From positions 864,001 through 928,000 of the forward strand of contig OZ254086.1 in NCBI GenBank assembly GCA_965267575.1: a DNA stretch of 64,000 bases. Direction: 5' to 3'. Positions 18,567 to 28,007 of the stretch are shown here, in pieces (position 1 is the first letter of the stretch; every line of letters begins with the position of its first letter). The position numbers and the translations under genes are program-made. The notes beneath the pieces are model-generated. The model searched no databases. It saw only the letters and a list, made by a program, of their open reading frames with translations, and was not told where the DNA came from. Origin of the DNA: Calditrichales bacterium. GTDB taxonomy: Bacteria > Calditrichota > Calditrichia > Calditrichales > J004.

Positions 18567-20051
18567 ATGGAAACCACAAGCGCTTTCAGACTTATCTTCC
18601 TGGTTTATACGGTAATTGTTCTATATATCGGCTGGAGAAACTGGCGAAAACGAGCGGCCTACTCAGGGGACAATGACATCTTCTGGTCCGCGGGCAAAAA
18701 GCTCTCCGCATGGAGCGTCGGTTTTTCGATTAGCGCAGGTATGATGTCGATCAGCTGGTCCTGTGTTTATGGCGTGCAACTGTTTTACTGGTATGGCCCC
18801 GGTGCCGTTTGGTTGCTGATCATCCCCTGGTTAACAATCTTATTTTTGCTTTTCTTTTTGTCTCCCCTGTTCAGGAAAAACCGCGTTTTTTCTCAGCCGG
18901 CATTGCTGGCACAAAAATTCGGCCGGCGTTCACGCGTCTTTCTGGCGCCGGTTTTGTTTGTGGTATTTTTAATCTGGGGCGGTGCCGAGATATTTGCCGC
19001 AGGCCAGATTTTGGCCGCTTTTTTGGATATGCCGCAGGAAGCCGTCTATGTCATCATTTCACTGGTTGTGGCCGCTTACAGTTTTGCCGGTGGCTTTTCG
19101 GCGGTTATTTCTACCGACAAGTTGCAATTTTTCCTGGTAGCCCTGTTTATCAGCGGTATTGCCTGGATTGCATTTTCCGCCCTGCCGGAAGACACCACTT
19201 TACTAAGCGCGGCCATCGAAGCGCCTAAAGCCGTTAACAACAACCCCTGGCTCAGCCCCGGCTGGCCGCTTATCATCATGACCTTTTTTGCTTATTTGCC
19301 GGGCTGGGTTGTTGAAACCGATCTTTGGGTTCGGATACAGGCGGCCAACAGCGATAAAGCAGCTAAAGGCGGTGTGCTGATCGCCGCCCTGAATTCGCTG
19401 CTTTTCGTGGGCATTATGCCCTTCATTATTGGAGTTGCCGCTCTTATCATTTACCCGGCAGTCGACGGCAGCATACCGCCGGCGCTTCAGGATGGCGCGC
19501 TTATTTTCAATACGCTGCTGCAGGACTTTGCCGCGCCCTGGCTTTCTATAATCCTGGGGCTTGGCCTGGTGGCGGCAGCCATGTCGACAATTGACACCTG
19601 CGCTCATGTGGCTTCCCTCTCCCTTTCACACGATCTGTTGGAGCCGCTGCTGCAAAATAAAAAGGGCCCTGTAAAAAGAGACACTGTCGCCCGCTGGATA
19701 GCTGCCTTCACCGTGTTACTTTCGATGATTTATGCCTTTTTCACAGACAGCCTGTGGGATATCTTCTACCTCTCTTCCGGTATTTTAACCACAACTGTCT
19801 TTTTACCAATTGTCGCCGTCTTTTTGCCCGGCACGCATCCCCGGCAGGTTAACATTACTCTTGCATCAGGGTTTATGTCCACTATCGTGTTTTATTTTTT
19901 GGAGAAGTACGGTTTTATGACGTGGCAGCCGGCAGCTTTGGCTGAAACGGGGCTGGGTTATATATTTTGGGGATTTATTGCGGCATTTATAGTTTTTGCA
20001 GTAGTGGGAGGCCGGAATTTGCAGACTGTGATTTCTTATTCTAAGAAGTAA
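18567..20051 (+). CDS. Sodium:solute symporter (SSS) family protein
   Basis: About 13 TM segments; AG..L..W..GFSISA, YSFAGGFSAVISTDKLQ and AAAMSTIDT motifs. Confidence 0.88.
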   Translation: METTSAFRLIFLVYTVIVLYIGWRNWRKRAAYSGDNDIFWSAGKKLSAWSVGFSISAGMMSISWSCVYGVQLFYWYGPGAVWLLIIPWLTILFLLFFLSPLFRKNRVFSQPALLAQKFGRRSRVFLAPVLFVVFLIWGGAEIFAAGQILAAFLDMPQEAVYVIISLVVAAYSFAGGFSAVISTDKLQFFLVALFISGIAWIAFSALPEDTTLLSAAIEAPKAVNNNPWLSPGWPLIIMTFFAYLPGWVVETDLWVRIQAANSDKAAKGGVLIAALNSLLFVGIMPFIIGVAALIIYPAVDGSIPPALQDGALIFNTLLQDFAAPWLSIILGLGLVAAAMSTIDTCAHVASLSLSHDLLEPLLQNKKGPVKRDTVARWIAAFTVLLSMIYAFFTDSLWDIFYLSSGILTTTVFLPIVAVFLPGTHPRQVNITLASGFMSTIVFYFLEKYGFMTWQPAALAETGLGYIFWGFIAAFIVFAVVGGRNLQTVISYSKK

Positions 20052-20099
20052 CGTTGATTAATAGTATTAGAGTATATTTCTTTACTTTATATCCACTAT

Positions 20100-20116
20100 T
20101 TTTCATATATTTGCAC
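20100..20116 (+). promoter_or_regulatory. TTTTCATATATTTGCAC motif, copy 1 (candidate promoter element)
   Basis: Identical 17-mer also at 20896-20912; each copy lies about 55-60 bp upstream of an OMP gene. Confidence 0.55.
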
Positions 20117-20174
20117 GTCCTTTTTAATAAACTACCTTGTGTCACATCTTAAACAATCCTAAGGAGGATTTGGT

Positions 20175-20756
20175 ATGAAGAAGGCTTTAATTGTAGTAAT
20201 TACTTTGCTTGGACTTAGCTCCTTAAGCTTTGCCCAAAGCGGGATATCTATTGGTTTGCATAGTGGTTTACTTTTATCAGCTTTTGAGGATCAAGAAAAG
20301 TCCGGAACCGCTATCCCACTTGGTGCAAATGTTGGACTTTATGTTGCTGAAAATATTCAGATTGGAGCAGAATTTAGTTTTTTAGTCTCATCGTTTGAAG
20401 CTGAATTCGAGGAGTTTCAGGGCCAACCAACAAATCCTTATGATCTTGAGGTAACGCAAACTGCTATCGGGGCATTTGGCAGATATATTCTTCCTACAAG
20501 TGGTGTAAAATCGTATATAAAAGCAGGCATAGGGATGTATATGGGCGAAGCGGAAGCGAGCGGTGGAGTAGTTGGAGAAGAAGATTTTGAAAGTGCTTTT
20601 GGATTTAATATCGGTGGCGGAATAAAAACAGCTATGGGTATTTATGCAGAATTTGTTTTTCACATTGTAAGCCGTGAACTGGATGTGGCGGGTGTTTCTT
20701 CTCAAGGTTACAACAACTGGGGCTTTTTGGTAGGATACGACATCCCTTTGAATTAA
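20175..20756 (+). CDS. Outer-membrane beta-barrel (OmpA-TM/OMP_b-brl-like)
   Basis: AGGAGG RBS, signal peptide, about 8 amphipathic strands, AT-rich codon usage. Confidence 0.8.
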   Translation: MKKALIVVITLLGLSSLSFAQSGISIGLHSGLLLSAFEDQEKSGTAIPLGANVGLYVAENIQIGAEFSFLVSSFEAEFEEFQGQPTNPYDLEVTQTAIGAFGRYILPTSGVKSYIKAGIGMYMGEAEASGGVVGEEDFESAFGFNIGGGIKTAMGIYAEFVFHIVSRELDVAGVSSQGYNNWGFLVGYDIPLN

Positions 20757-20777
20757 TATTAGTGAATTCAGCTTTAG

Positions 20778-20804
20778 GGGGACAGATACGGTCCCCTTTT
20801 TTTT
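20778..20804 (+). terminator. Intrinsic terminator
   Basis: GGGGAC-AGATACG-GTCCCC followed by T8. Confidence 0.75.
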
Positions 20805-20895
20805 GCCAACTAATGGTATTTCTTTTTTAGGATGTTAAAAATATATGAAGGTTTTGTGGCAACGCTAACATCCCGGCACTTTACAGACATTCAAA

Positions 20896-20912
20896 TTTTC
20901 ATATATTTGCAC
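20896..20912 (+). promoter_or_regulatory. TTTTCATATATTTGCAC motif, copy 2
   Basis: Exact repeat of 20100-20116. Confidence 0.55.
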
Positions 20913-20967
20913 AACTCAAATATTTCACTTCAACTAAACCAACAATAATGCACAGGAGGCAATTGGT

Positions 20968-21486
20968 ATGAAGAAGTCTATTGTTACGGTATTTACAGTA
21001 TTATTAATGAGCGCCTTTTCTTTCGGGCAGGGCCTGGGATTAAATTCCATTACGGCCAAGGCTGGCGTAATCATGCCGGAAGATCCGTGGGAAACGGGTT
21101 TCCATATTGGAGCTAAAGCAGATATGGGCCAGCTTACCGATAATATTAACCTGGTTCCTTTTGCTGAATACTGGTCATCAAGCTATGATTTTGGTGGCGC
21201 CTCACTTGATCTTACGAACTTCAAAATCGGTGCCGCGGGTCATTACATGATTCCCGACGTTTCCGGGCTTTATGCCGGAGCTGGCCTTTCACTTAACTTT
21301 TTAAGTTTTGACATTCCCGGTCTTGGTGCATTCGGCTCTGGGTCGAATACAGAATTTGGGCTGAATGTTTTGGGCGGATACAAATTCCCCCTCGGCGGCA
21401 TGAACGGTGTGGTCGAAGCCGAATACAACCTTATGGATCTGGGTACTTTCCAGGTTGGCGTTGGTGTTGAATTTGATATGAATTAG
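20968..21486 (+). CDS. Outer-membrane beta-barrel protein
   Basis: GGAGG RBS, signal peptide, amphipathic strands (LYAGAGLSLNF, FQVGVGVEF). Confidence 0.82.
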   Translation: MKKSIVTVFTVLLMSAFSFGQGLGLNSITAKAGVIMPEDPWETGFHIGAKADMGQLTDNINLVPFAEYWSSSYDFGGASLDLTNFKIGAAGHYMIPDVSGLYAGAGLSLNFLSFDIPGLGAFGSGSNTEFGLNVLGGYKFPLGGMNGVVEAEYNLMDLGTFQVGVGVEFDMN

Positions 21487-21505
21487 AAGCTTTAAGCTCT
21501 CGAAC

Positions 21506-21536
21506 AAAAAAAGGCGCTCAACTGAGCGCCTTTTTT
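21506..21536. terminator. Bidirectional terminator overlapping the tpx 3' end
   Basis: A7-GGCGCTCA-AC-TGAGCGCC-T6 between convergent genes. Confidence 0.75.
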
Positions 21537-22045
21537 ATTTCTGTATCTCCCAATGCTGCTAAAGCCTTATCATAATCCGGCTCCTGTGCGATCTGCGGAA
21601 CCTGCTCCGTGTAAATCACATCACCTTCCTCATCCAGAACAACAACGGCCCGTGCGAACAGGCCGGCCATGGAGCCATCCACCATTCTGACACCGTAGTC
21701 CTCGCCAAAGGTATGGCGCCGCAATTCGCTAACATTTACAACGCCTTCAATCCCTTCGGCAGCGCAAAAGCGCTTATGGGCAAAGGGTAAGTCCATGCTC
21801 ACATTTACAACAACAACGTTTTCCATCCCCGCCGCCTTTTCGTGGAACTTGCGTACGGACATGGCGCAAATGCCGGTATCGAGACTAGGAAAAATATTTA
21901 ACAAAACCTTTTTACCGGCAAAGTCACTCTTACGAACATCCTTGAGTTCCGTGGTTGTAAGCAAAAAGTCCGGCGCCGATGATCCGACCACGGGAAGATT
22001 ACCCACGGTATTGACTTCATTGCCCTTGTGGATGATTTTGGCCAC
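21518..22045 (-). CDS. tpx: Thiol peroxidase (atypical 2-Cys peroxiredoxin)
   Basis: FPSLDTGICAMSVRKF, SMDLPFAHKRFC, ARAVVVLD and EPDYD motifs. Confidence 0.95.
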   Translation of the reverse strand: MAKIIHKGNEVNTVGNLPVVGSSAPDFLLTTTELKDVRKSDFAGKKVLLNIFPSLDTGICAMSVRKFHEKAAGMENVVVVNVSMDLPFAHKRFCAAEGIEGVVNVSELRRHTFGEDYGVRMVDGSMAGLFARAVVVLDEEGDVIYTEQVPQIAQEPDYDKALAALGDTEIKKALS

Positions 22046-22077
22046 CTCAGGTCCTCCTGCATAAGTGTCTGTGTGTT

Positions 22078-22836
22078 TTAACTTAAAAGATCAATCCTGA
22101 TCCTTTCTATTTTTAAGCGTAGTTCGCTTTGCAAACGTTCGAAACTTTCCTGTCCATATGTGTAAACAATAACATCCACCGGCGTCTCATTTCCGGCGGG
22201 CTCGCCCTTGTTTATCTGCGGCTGCCTGTGCGTGACATGCCATGGCGAATTCAAAATCATGCCGGCCAGGCTTTCCAGAAAGTCATGACTCACCTTTGCC
22301 GAGGGCACCTGCAATGTAAAACTCTGGCAGGTAACCTGGCTGCCCTGCTTTTTGCTGTAGTGGATCTGGCCGGTCAATTTGCTGTAGGGCAGCTTGAGCA
22401 ACGTACCGTCATCCTCTTCCAGTTCTATAGACAGATAGCCTAACTTGCGGATACGCCCTTTGTATTCCCCGACGATAATTTGCTGGCCCGGTTCGTAAAT
22501 ATCCTGTGCGCGCAGGATGATGCCGGCGATATAGTCACGCGCGGCATACCAGCCCAGCCAGCCCATGGCAATAAACGCCAGGGCAATAAAAAAAACGCTG
22601 AAATAAAAGGGTTCGTTAAAAATCTGGCGGAAGGCCCATACCAGGAACGCCAGCCATATTAACAGCTCGATGACGGGAAACAGCCGGGCAAGCCAGGCTG
22701 CGGAAGCGCGGTTGCGTATCACGGAAATATGCAGCAGGTGGCGCGAGAAACGCACAACGACAAATACGGCAATCGCCGCAAGGAATACTTTAATAATGCC
22801 CCACTGAGGCCAATCCATCATCAGGAATTGTTCCAT
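22078..22836 (-). CDS. Small MscS-domain membrane protein
   Basis: Three TM helices, then DYIAGIILR...PGQQI.VGEYKGRI..LG..SIE......LKLPYS (MscS beta-domain pattern); overlaps the upstream gene by 16 bp. Confidence 0.75.
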   Translation of the reverse strand: MEQFLMMDWPQWGIIKVFLAAIAVFVVVRFSRHLLHISVIRNRASAAWLARLFPVIELLIWLAFLVWAFRQIFNEPFYFSVFFIALAFIAMGWLGWYAARDYIAGIILRAQDIYEPGQQIIVGEYKGRIRKLGYLSIELEEDDGTLLKLPYSKLTGQIHYSKKQGSQVTCQSFTLQVPSAKVSHDFLESLAGMILNSPWHVTHRQPQINKGEPAGNETPVDVIVYTYGQESFERLQSELRLKIERIRIDLLS

Positions 22837-25800
22837 AACAGCCCCATTTCGCGGAATTCTTCGATGAACAGATGTTCGAGGTATGGATTGATCTGCAAAG
22901 CGCCGCCCTCGTTTTTAATGACAAAGCCGCTGCGCATCATAACCTCCACCTGACGATTGACCTCATCGCGTTCGATGCTGAACAAGCGGGCCAGCCGTTC
23001 GCGCGTAAGCTGGCGGTGCAGGATAAACTGAATCAGCCAGACATACCATTGCGTATCGAGGCTTTCGATGACGGACATGTCCGGCTTGGAAAGCGGCCGC
23101 AAACGAATACGTTCGGCCGAGAAATGATCGATCATAACCAGCCATGTTTGCAGGGCCACGCCGATGTTGCCGGACGTATAGCTAAAAATTTTGTTAAACA
23201 GCCGTGCCAGTTTCAACTCCGATATATCTTCCTCGTTTTCGCGGTTTACCTCAAAACGCAGGCCCGTGGAGCGGTGCCGCTGCATTACCGCGGTTTCGAT
23301 CTCGCGTGCGTTAAACGGCTCGCAGCGAATGATGCCAAGGAATGTATCCTCCAGGCTAAGAACTTCATTCAGCAACCGGAAAGCGTAGCTATTACAATTG
23401 ATCAGGAAAAAGCATTTATGGCCGTAACGATCGACCAGGCCACGCACCATATCAATGACCTTGTAGCCGTTTTCGTGGCGCTCCCACCACATCTCAAGAT
23501 CGTTTATGATCATCACGCTGTTGTCGGGCAAAGCTTCCATCGCTTCGTCGATCGTCTGGCCGCCGCCGGCAAGATCTATCACCTTACGTGTAAATACATC
23601 CGTATCGATGCTGCCGCCGGGTGGCGGGTTAAAGCGGAATATGTGGCTGCGTTCAAACGTGCGGCTGGCAATCATACGGCACAGAGCGGTTTTGCCCGAT
23701 CGCGGATCACCATGCACCAAAAGTGCGCCGCGGAACCCGTTGCGGTAGCGGACAAGCACGCGCTCGGCGTAGCGAAAGGCCTCGTTCTGCGCAACCAGGA
23801 ACTGGCGCGAGATGGAGTGTTCACCGAGAAAAAGCTGGCGGTAATAGCGCGGCAATCCCTGCGTGACCGGACTGTGCGGTGAAATACTTTGTGTCAGACT
23901 GATCAGGGCATCGATGTTGCCTTTCTGCTTTTCCCCGGCACGGCTCAGGCGGCGCGCTATCAGTACGCCGATACTGCGGCTGTATTGCAAGTTAACCACC
24001 ATATCGCGCATCCGCCGCTGGAAACGATCGCGAAACGCCTCCACGCCGCTTAATACCTTACGCTGCTCATGGCTGAAAATGTACTGACGCAAATTGCTGG
24101 TGGCGTTGGTCAGCAGGTAGGGATTTATCTTGTCAAAGAAATGCCCCAGTCTTTCCTGGATTATGCGCCGGGTCTGGCTCAGGGCGGTCTTTACATTTTC
24201 GCGCTCATCCTCCAACCGCTGCAGGCCGTCGGTAGCCACTTCGCTGATGGTCTTTTGCTCGTTGCTAAAATCGTATTCGTCTGCCGCGCGCTCGCTGCCG
24301 CTTACAAGCATCAACTGGCTGATGCCGTTCAGGGCGGTCACGGTATCGCTTACGCGCGTCTGCAGTTCTTTGCCATAGGTCTGCAGGTCGGGCATAAATT
24401 CGGTCTCGGCCAGGTAGCCGATCAGCCGGCGCAGGTACACGGATACCACCTCCGCCTGGTGGAACGGATGATCTTCCAGCTCCTGGAAAGATTGCTCGCT
24501 CATCACCTGGATGATCTCCGGCAGTTCCGTAATTTGTTTCTGAACCTCAGATTCCAGCTCGGATACATCGCCGGGCAGGGTTATCTCCAGCTCTTTTTCA
24601 AATATGTCGGCCGGGGGATTCTGGCCTTCACCGGCAGCTTTCTGCAATACCGTATTGATCTTGTCTATATGTGCTTTAAGCGGACCGTTCAGACTATTTT
24701 CGTTGCGCTTTTGCCAGCCATGCAGCAAGTTGCTCAGGCGGTTCTGGAACAGGTGCAGCGTCAATTCCATTCGCGCAAAATCGATCATCAGCCCCAGGTT
24801 GCGGGTCCAGCTTCCGGCCGCATCCATAAATGTTTCGTCGCTGATATCGCCGCCGCGGAGCTGAAAACGTTTGCGGGCACCGGCCGCGCCGGAAAGGGTG
24901 CTAAGGGCGTCCAGTTTTTCCTGGTATGCCTGGCGATGTGTTTCCAGCAGGGACAGGCTGTTTTCTTTAAAAGCTTTCTTGTTTTTGTCGCGGAATTGGT
25001 GCAGGTCTTCCAGCAGCTTTTCCTTTGTTTCCTGCACAAACTTCTCGTTAAGCTGGCCCTGGTCGGCGCGCGCCATCATGCCCTGCAGCAGCGCCTGTAG
25101 CCTGCTGAAAAATTTCTGCAAATCCGAAATATGCTGATAGCCAATTACGGCGAGTTGCTCAATCTGCGCATAGAAATGAGTCCGCAATACCCCGTTGATA
25201 TGCTCGCGCATCAATTCTGTAAAGGGTACGTCAAAGATGGCCTCTTCACGCTTGGAAAGAAACAATCCTGCCTTTTTACGCAACTTTAAAAAACGCAGGC
25301 GCAGATTGTCGGAATCCTGCATGGCCAGATCATGCCGCGGATAGTTGACCCGCAGATGGATCGGGGAATCCCGGAAAACCTTGCGTAACTGGCCCAGGAA
25401 AACATCACAGCCTTGCTCCACGTTGCGCTCCAGGATGTTAAGGCTGTTTTCCTTAAAATCGTTGATCAGGCGCAGGTTGTTGTAAAGCAGGTCATTCTGG
25501 AACCGCTCAATCAGCGGAGCGCTGTCACGGCTTTTGGCGCCTCCCGAAACCCGCCGGGAAAGCGCGCCCAGGAAGCCGTCGCAAATGCGGTTTAGCTGAT
25601 CACCGAGCTGCTCAAATTCATGCACCACCTCGCTGATGTAGCCGGCATAAAATTCATTGATCGCCTTTTCCAGGTCTTCATTAACTGTTCGCAGCCGCGC
25701 GCTCAAAGCGTCATTAGCCGGATAGCGCAGTTCTGTCCCGGCCGCTTCCGGTGCGGCCCCGGCATCGGACAAACGCCTCTGGGGACTGCTCTCAATACCA

Positions 25801-27956
25801 ATAAAAATCGGGTCAAAATATGATGACGCACTGATCAGCAGGACGCTTTTTAGCGGCTCCAGAAGCTGATGCATGGAACCAAGGAATTTTTTTTGCGCAG
25901 CCGGCGTAAGTTGCGGCATGCCCAATATGGTCAGATCGCTGCCTGCGGATTCCAGTTGCAAAATATCGGAAAAAGGCCGTTGTTCTATGGCGTTGTTGAT
26001 CACTTTAATATCCGCATCCTGGCGCAGGTCCTGCAGCAAGTGTTTCATATTGCGGTGCACTTTGTTGATCAGAGAGCCATCGTCTACGATGATCAGAATA
26101 CGCAGGCGCGCCCGTTGCCAGGCGGCGGAACCGTGCAAAAAGCGCAGCAGGTACATGGCCAGAGACGCGTTGTTACTGCCTCCGCGCCACCACAGGTCAA
26201 TGCTTCTGTATTCGCCAAACTGCCTTTCGGGATCGTAGTTAAGCAGCAGGATGTTGTAATCAAGGTCCTGCAGCGTTTTCAGCATTTCCGCAAAAGGCTC
26301 AGCACGATCGCTCTTCTTGGGCCAGCCCATTAAAACGGTATTAGGCTCCACCCCGGCAAAGCCGTAAAAACGGGCCACGCTTTCTATGCCGCTGTAAACA
26401 TCCCTGCTTTCCAGGCGCCTGTAAAAAACACCCTGGCGCGCCTCGCCGGGATCACGCATAAGCTGCGCCGCCTTTGGAAAACGCACCTGGCCGTCCGGTG
26501 ATTCAATCAGCTCAAAATTGGATATGATTCCGCTGCGCCCGGTGAGCCATTTGCCAAACTGCAGCAGGTAAGGCCGTACATTCTGCATGCCGCCAAAAAG
26601 CAGGATGTTGGGCCGCCAGTTTCTTTTATGGATCACCTCTTCGTTGAGCTTGTGCAAGCCGGAGCGCACTACGGACGCCCAGAAGCTGCCCCAGGTATCA
26701 CCCGTCTCCAATGTCAGCTCTTTACGCTTGATGATCAGGTAGACCAGCGCAAGTACGATAATGGCTCCAAAAAAGGCGACGATATCCAGCTGGAACATCA
26801 CGATGCCACAAACGATGGCGCCCACCAGCCCAACCCACAAAGGCACGCGAAATGACGGACGGAAATCGGTGCTGGCCCAGCTTTCTAACACATAGCTGAG
26901 ATTAATCAAACCGTACGTGCTTATAAAAAACATTGAGACAACACGGGCAATAACGTTCAGGTCGCCAATCAGGATACCGGCTTCCGCGATAATAAAAGTG
27001 AGCAGCAGGGCGTTGCGTGGCTCGTTGGAGGCGCCGTAGCCTTTGGCAAAGAAGCGCGGGGTAACGCCATCTTTGGAAGTTGCCTGCAAAATGCGCGGCG
27101 CGCCGAGAATGCTACCCATGGCGGACGAAATCGTCGCTCCCCAGATACCGGCAATCACAAACTGCGGCACCATAGCTATTTCTACAAAAATGTTGGGGTT
27201 ATCCAGCGTATTGCGGTCTATGTAAAAGGCCGTGTAAATGGCCAGGCCCACATAAACGATAAAGCCCACGGAGATGGCAGCTATGGTTCCTAAAGGAAGT
27301 GCAGTCTTGGGGTCTTTGAGGTCGCCGGACATCTGCACGCCGGCGGTAAATCCGGTAACAGCCGGAAAAAACACGCCAAAAAGAACAAATATATCGACGC
27401 TGTTTTCGGCGGGCATAAGCGAGTATGTGCCGCCGGTAGTCGGGTTGCCGCCAAAGAAAATGGCCAGGATAGAAAGGACAACAGCCGCCAGTATAAAATA
27501 CTGCGTCTTAATGGCCAGTGACGTGCTGATAAAAATGATGATCGTGATAACGACAAGCGTTATTGTGCCGTAAAAGCGGATTGTATTGATTTCCAGCGGC
27601 AAGCCAAGTACGCCAAGCAGGCTTTCACAAAAACCGATGATGTAGAGGCTGATGCTGAAAGAAAGGCCCACAAAAAGCGCCAGACCCAGCGTGCCGCCCA
27701 CGGACAAACCCATGCTGCGCGAGATGATATAATAGTTGCCCCCTGCCTGCACTTTTTTATCTGTGGCAATGGACGCTACACTCAAACCGGTTGTTATAGA
27801 GACAATATGCGCCACCAGAATAATCGCCAGCGTGGCAATCAGGCCGCCCTGCCCCACAATCCAGGGCAGACGCAGATACATAATAACGCCAAGGATAGTG
27901 AGCACCGAAGGCGTAAAAACGCCGCCAAACGTTCCGAATTTTTTAGATCTGGCCAA
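22821..27956 (-). CDS. Cation-chloride cotransporter (SLC12/APC) fused to a long helical region and a C-terminal P-loop NTPase
   Basis: SLC12 motifs GVFTPSVLTILGVIMYLR, FFPAVTG.TAG..MSGDLKDP, NWRPNIL and IDLWW. Walker A GDPRSGKT and Walker B-like MIINDLE near the C-terminus. Confidence 0.88.
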   Translation of the reverse strand: MARSKKFGTFGGVFTPSVLTILGVIMYLRLPWIVGQGGLIATLAIILVAHIVSITTGLSVASIATDKKVQAGGNYYIISRSMGLSVGGTLGLALFVGLSFSISLYIIGFCESLLGVLGLPLEINTIRFYGTITLVVITIIIFISTSLAIKTQYFILAAVVLSILAIFFGGNPTTGGTYSLMPAENSVDIFVLFGVFFPAVTGFTAGVQMSGDLKDPKTALPLGTIAAISVGFIVYVGLAIYTAFYIDRNTLDNPNIFVEIAMVPQFVIAGIWGATISSAMGSILGAPRILQATSKDGVTPRFFAKGYGASNEPRNALLLTFIIAEAGILIGDLNVIARVVSMFFISTYGLINLSYVLESWASTDFRPSFRVPLWVGLVGAIVCGIVMFQLDIVAFFGAIIVLALVYLIIKRKELTLETGDTWGSFWASVVRSGLHKLNEEVIHKRNWRPNILLFGGMQNVRPYLLQFGKWLTGRSGIISNFELIESPDGQVRFPKAAQLMRDPGEARQGVFYRRLESRDVYSGIESVARFYGFAGVEPNTVLMGWPKKSDRAEPFAEMLKTLQDLDYNILLLNYDPERQFGEYRSIDLWWRGGSNNASLAMYLLRFLHGSAAWQRARLRILIIVDDGSLINKVHRNMKHLLQDLRQDADIKVINNAIEQRPFSDILQLESAGSDLTILGMPQLTPAAQKKFLGSMHQLLEPLKSVLLISASSYFDPIFIGIESSPQRRLSDAGAAPEAAGTELRYPANDALSARLRTVNEDLEKAINEFYAGYISEVVHEFEQLGDQLNRICDGFLGALSRRVSGGAKSRDSAPLIERFQNDLLYNNLRLINDFKENSLNILERNVEQGCDVFLGQLRKVFRDSPIHLRVNYPRHDLAMQDSDNLRLRFLKLRKKAGLFLSKREEAIFDVPFTELMREHINGVLRTHFYAQIEQLAVIGYQHISDLQKFFSRLQALLQGMMARADQGQLNEKFVQETKEKLLEDLHQFRDKNKKAFKENSLSLLETHRQAYQEKLDALSTLSGAAGARKRFQLRGGDISDETFMDAAGSWTRNLGLMIDFARMELTLHLFQNRLSNLLHGWQKRNENSLNGPLKAHIDKINTVLQKAAGEGQNPPADIFEKELEITLPGDVSELESEVQKQITELPEIIQVMSEQSFQELEDHPFHQAEVVSVYLRRLIGYLAETEFMPDLQTYGKELQTRVSDTVTALNGISQLMLVSGSERAADEYDFSNEQKTISEVATDGLQRLEDERENVKTALSQTRRIIQERLGHFFDKINPYLLTNATSNLRQYIFSHEQRKVLSGVEAFRDRFQRRMRDMVVNLQYSRSIGVLIARRLSRAGEKQKGNIDALISLTQSISPHSPVTQGLPRYYRQLFLGEHSISRQFLVAQNEAFRYAERVLVRYRNGFRGALLVHGDPRSGKTALCRMIASRTFERSHIFRFNPPPGGSIDTDVFTRKVIDLAGGGQTIDEAMEALPDNSVMIINDLEMWWERHENGYKVIDMVRGLVDRYGHKCFFLINCNSYAFRLLNEVLSLEDTFLGIIRCEPFNAREIETAVMQRHRSTGLRFEVNRENEEDISELKLARLFNKIFSYTSGNIGVALQTWLVMIDHFSAERIRLRPLSKPDMSVIESLDTQWYVWLIQFILHRQLTRERLARLFSIERDEVNRQVEVMMRSGFVIKNEGGALQINPYLEHLFIEEFREMGLLWNNS

Positions 27957-28007
27957 TAGGATTTCCCCTGCTTAAAACAAGCTCATCCGAATATGCTGTA
28001 AGCGATT

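Noticed and set aside
18096-18579. Lys-rich and Phe/Ser-rich alternative-frame ORFs over the EGKCG gene
   Set aside because: Artefacts of low-complexity repeats; only the 18007 frame has an RBS, signal peptide and terminator.
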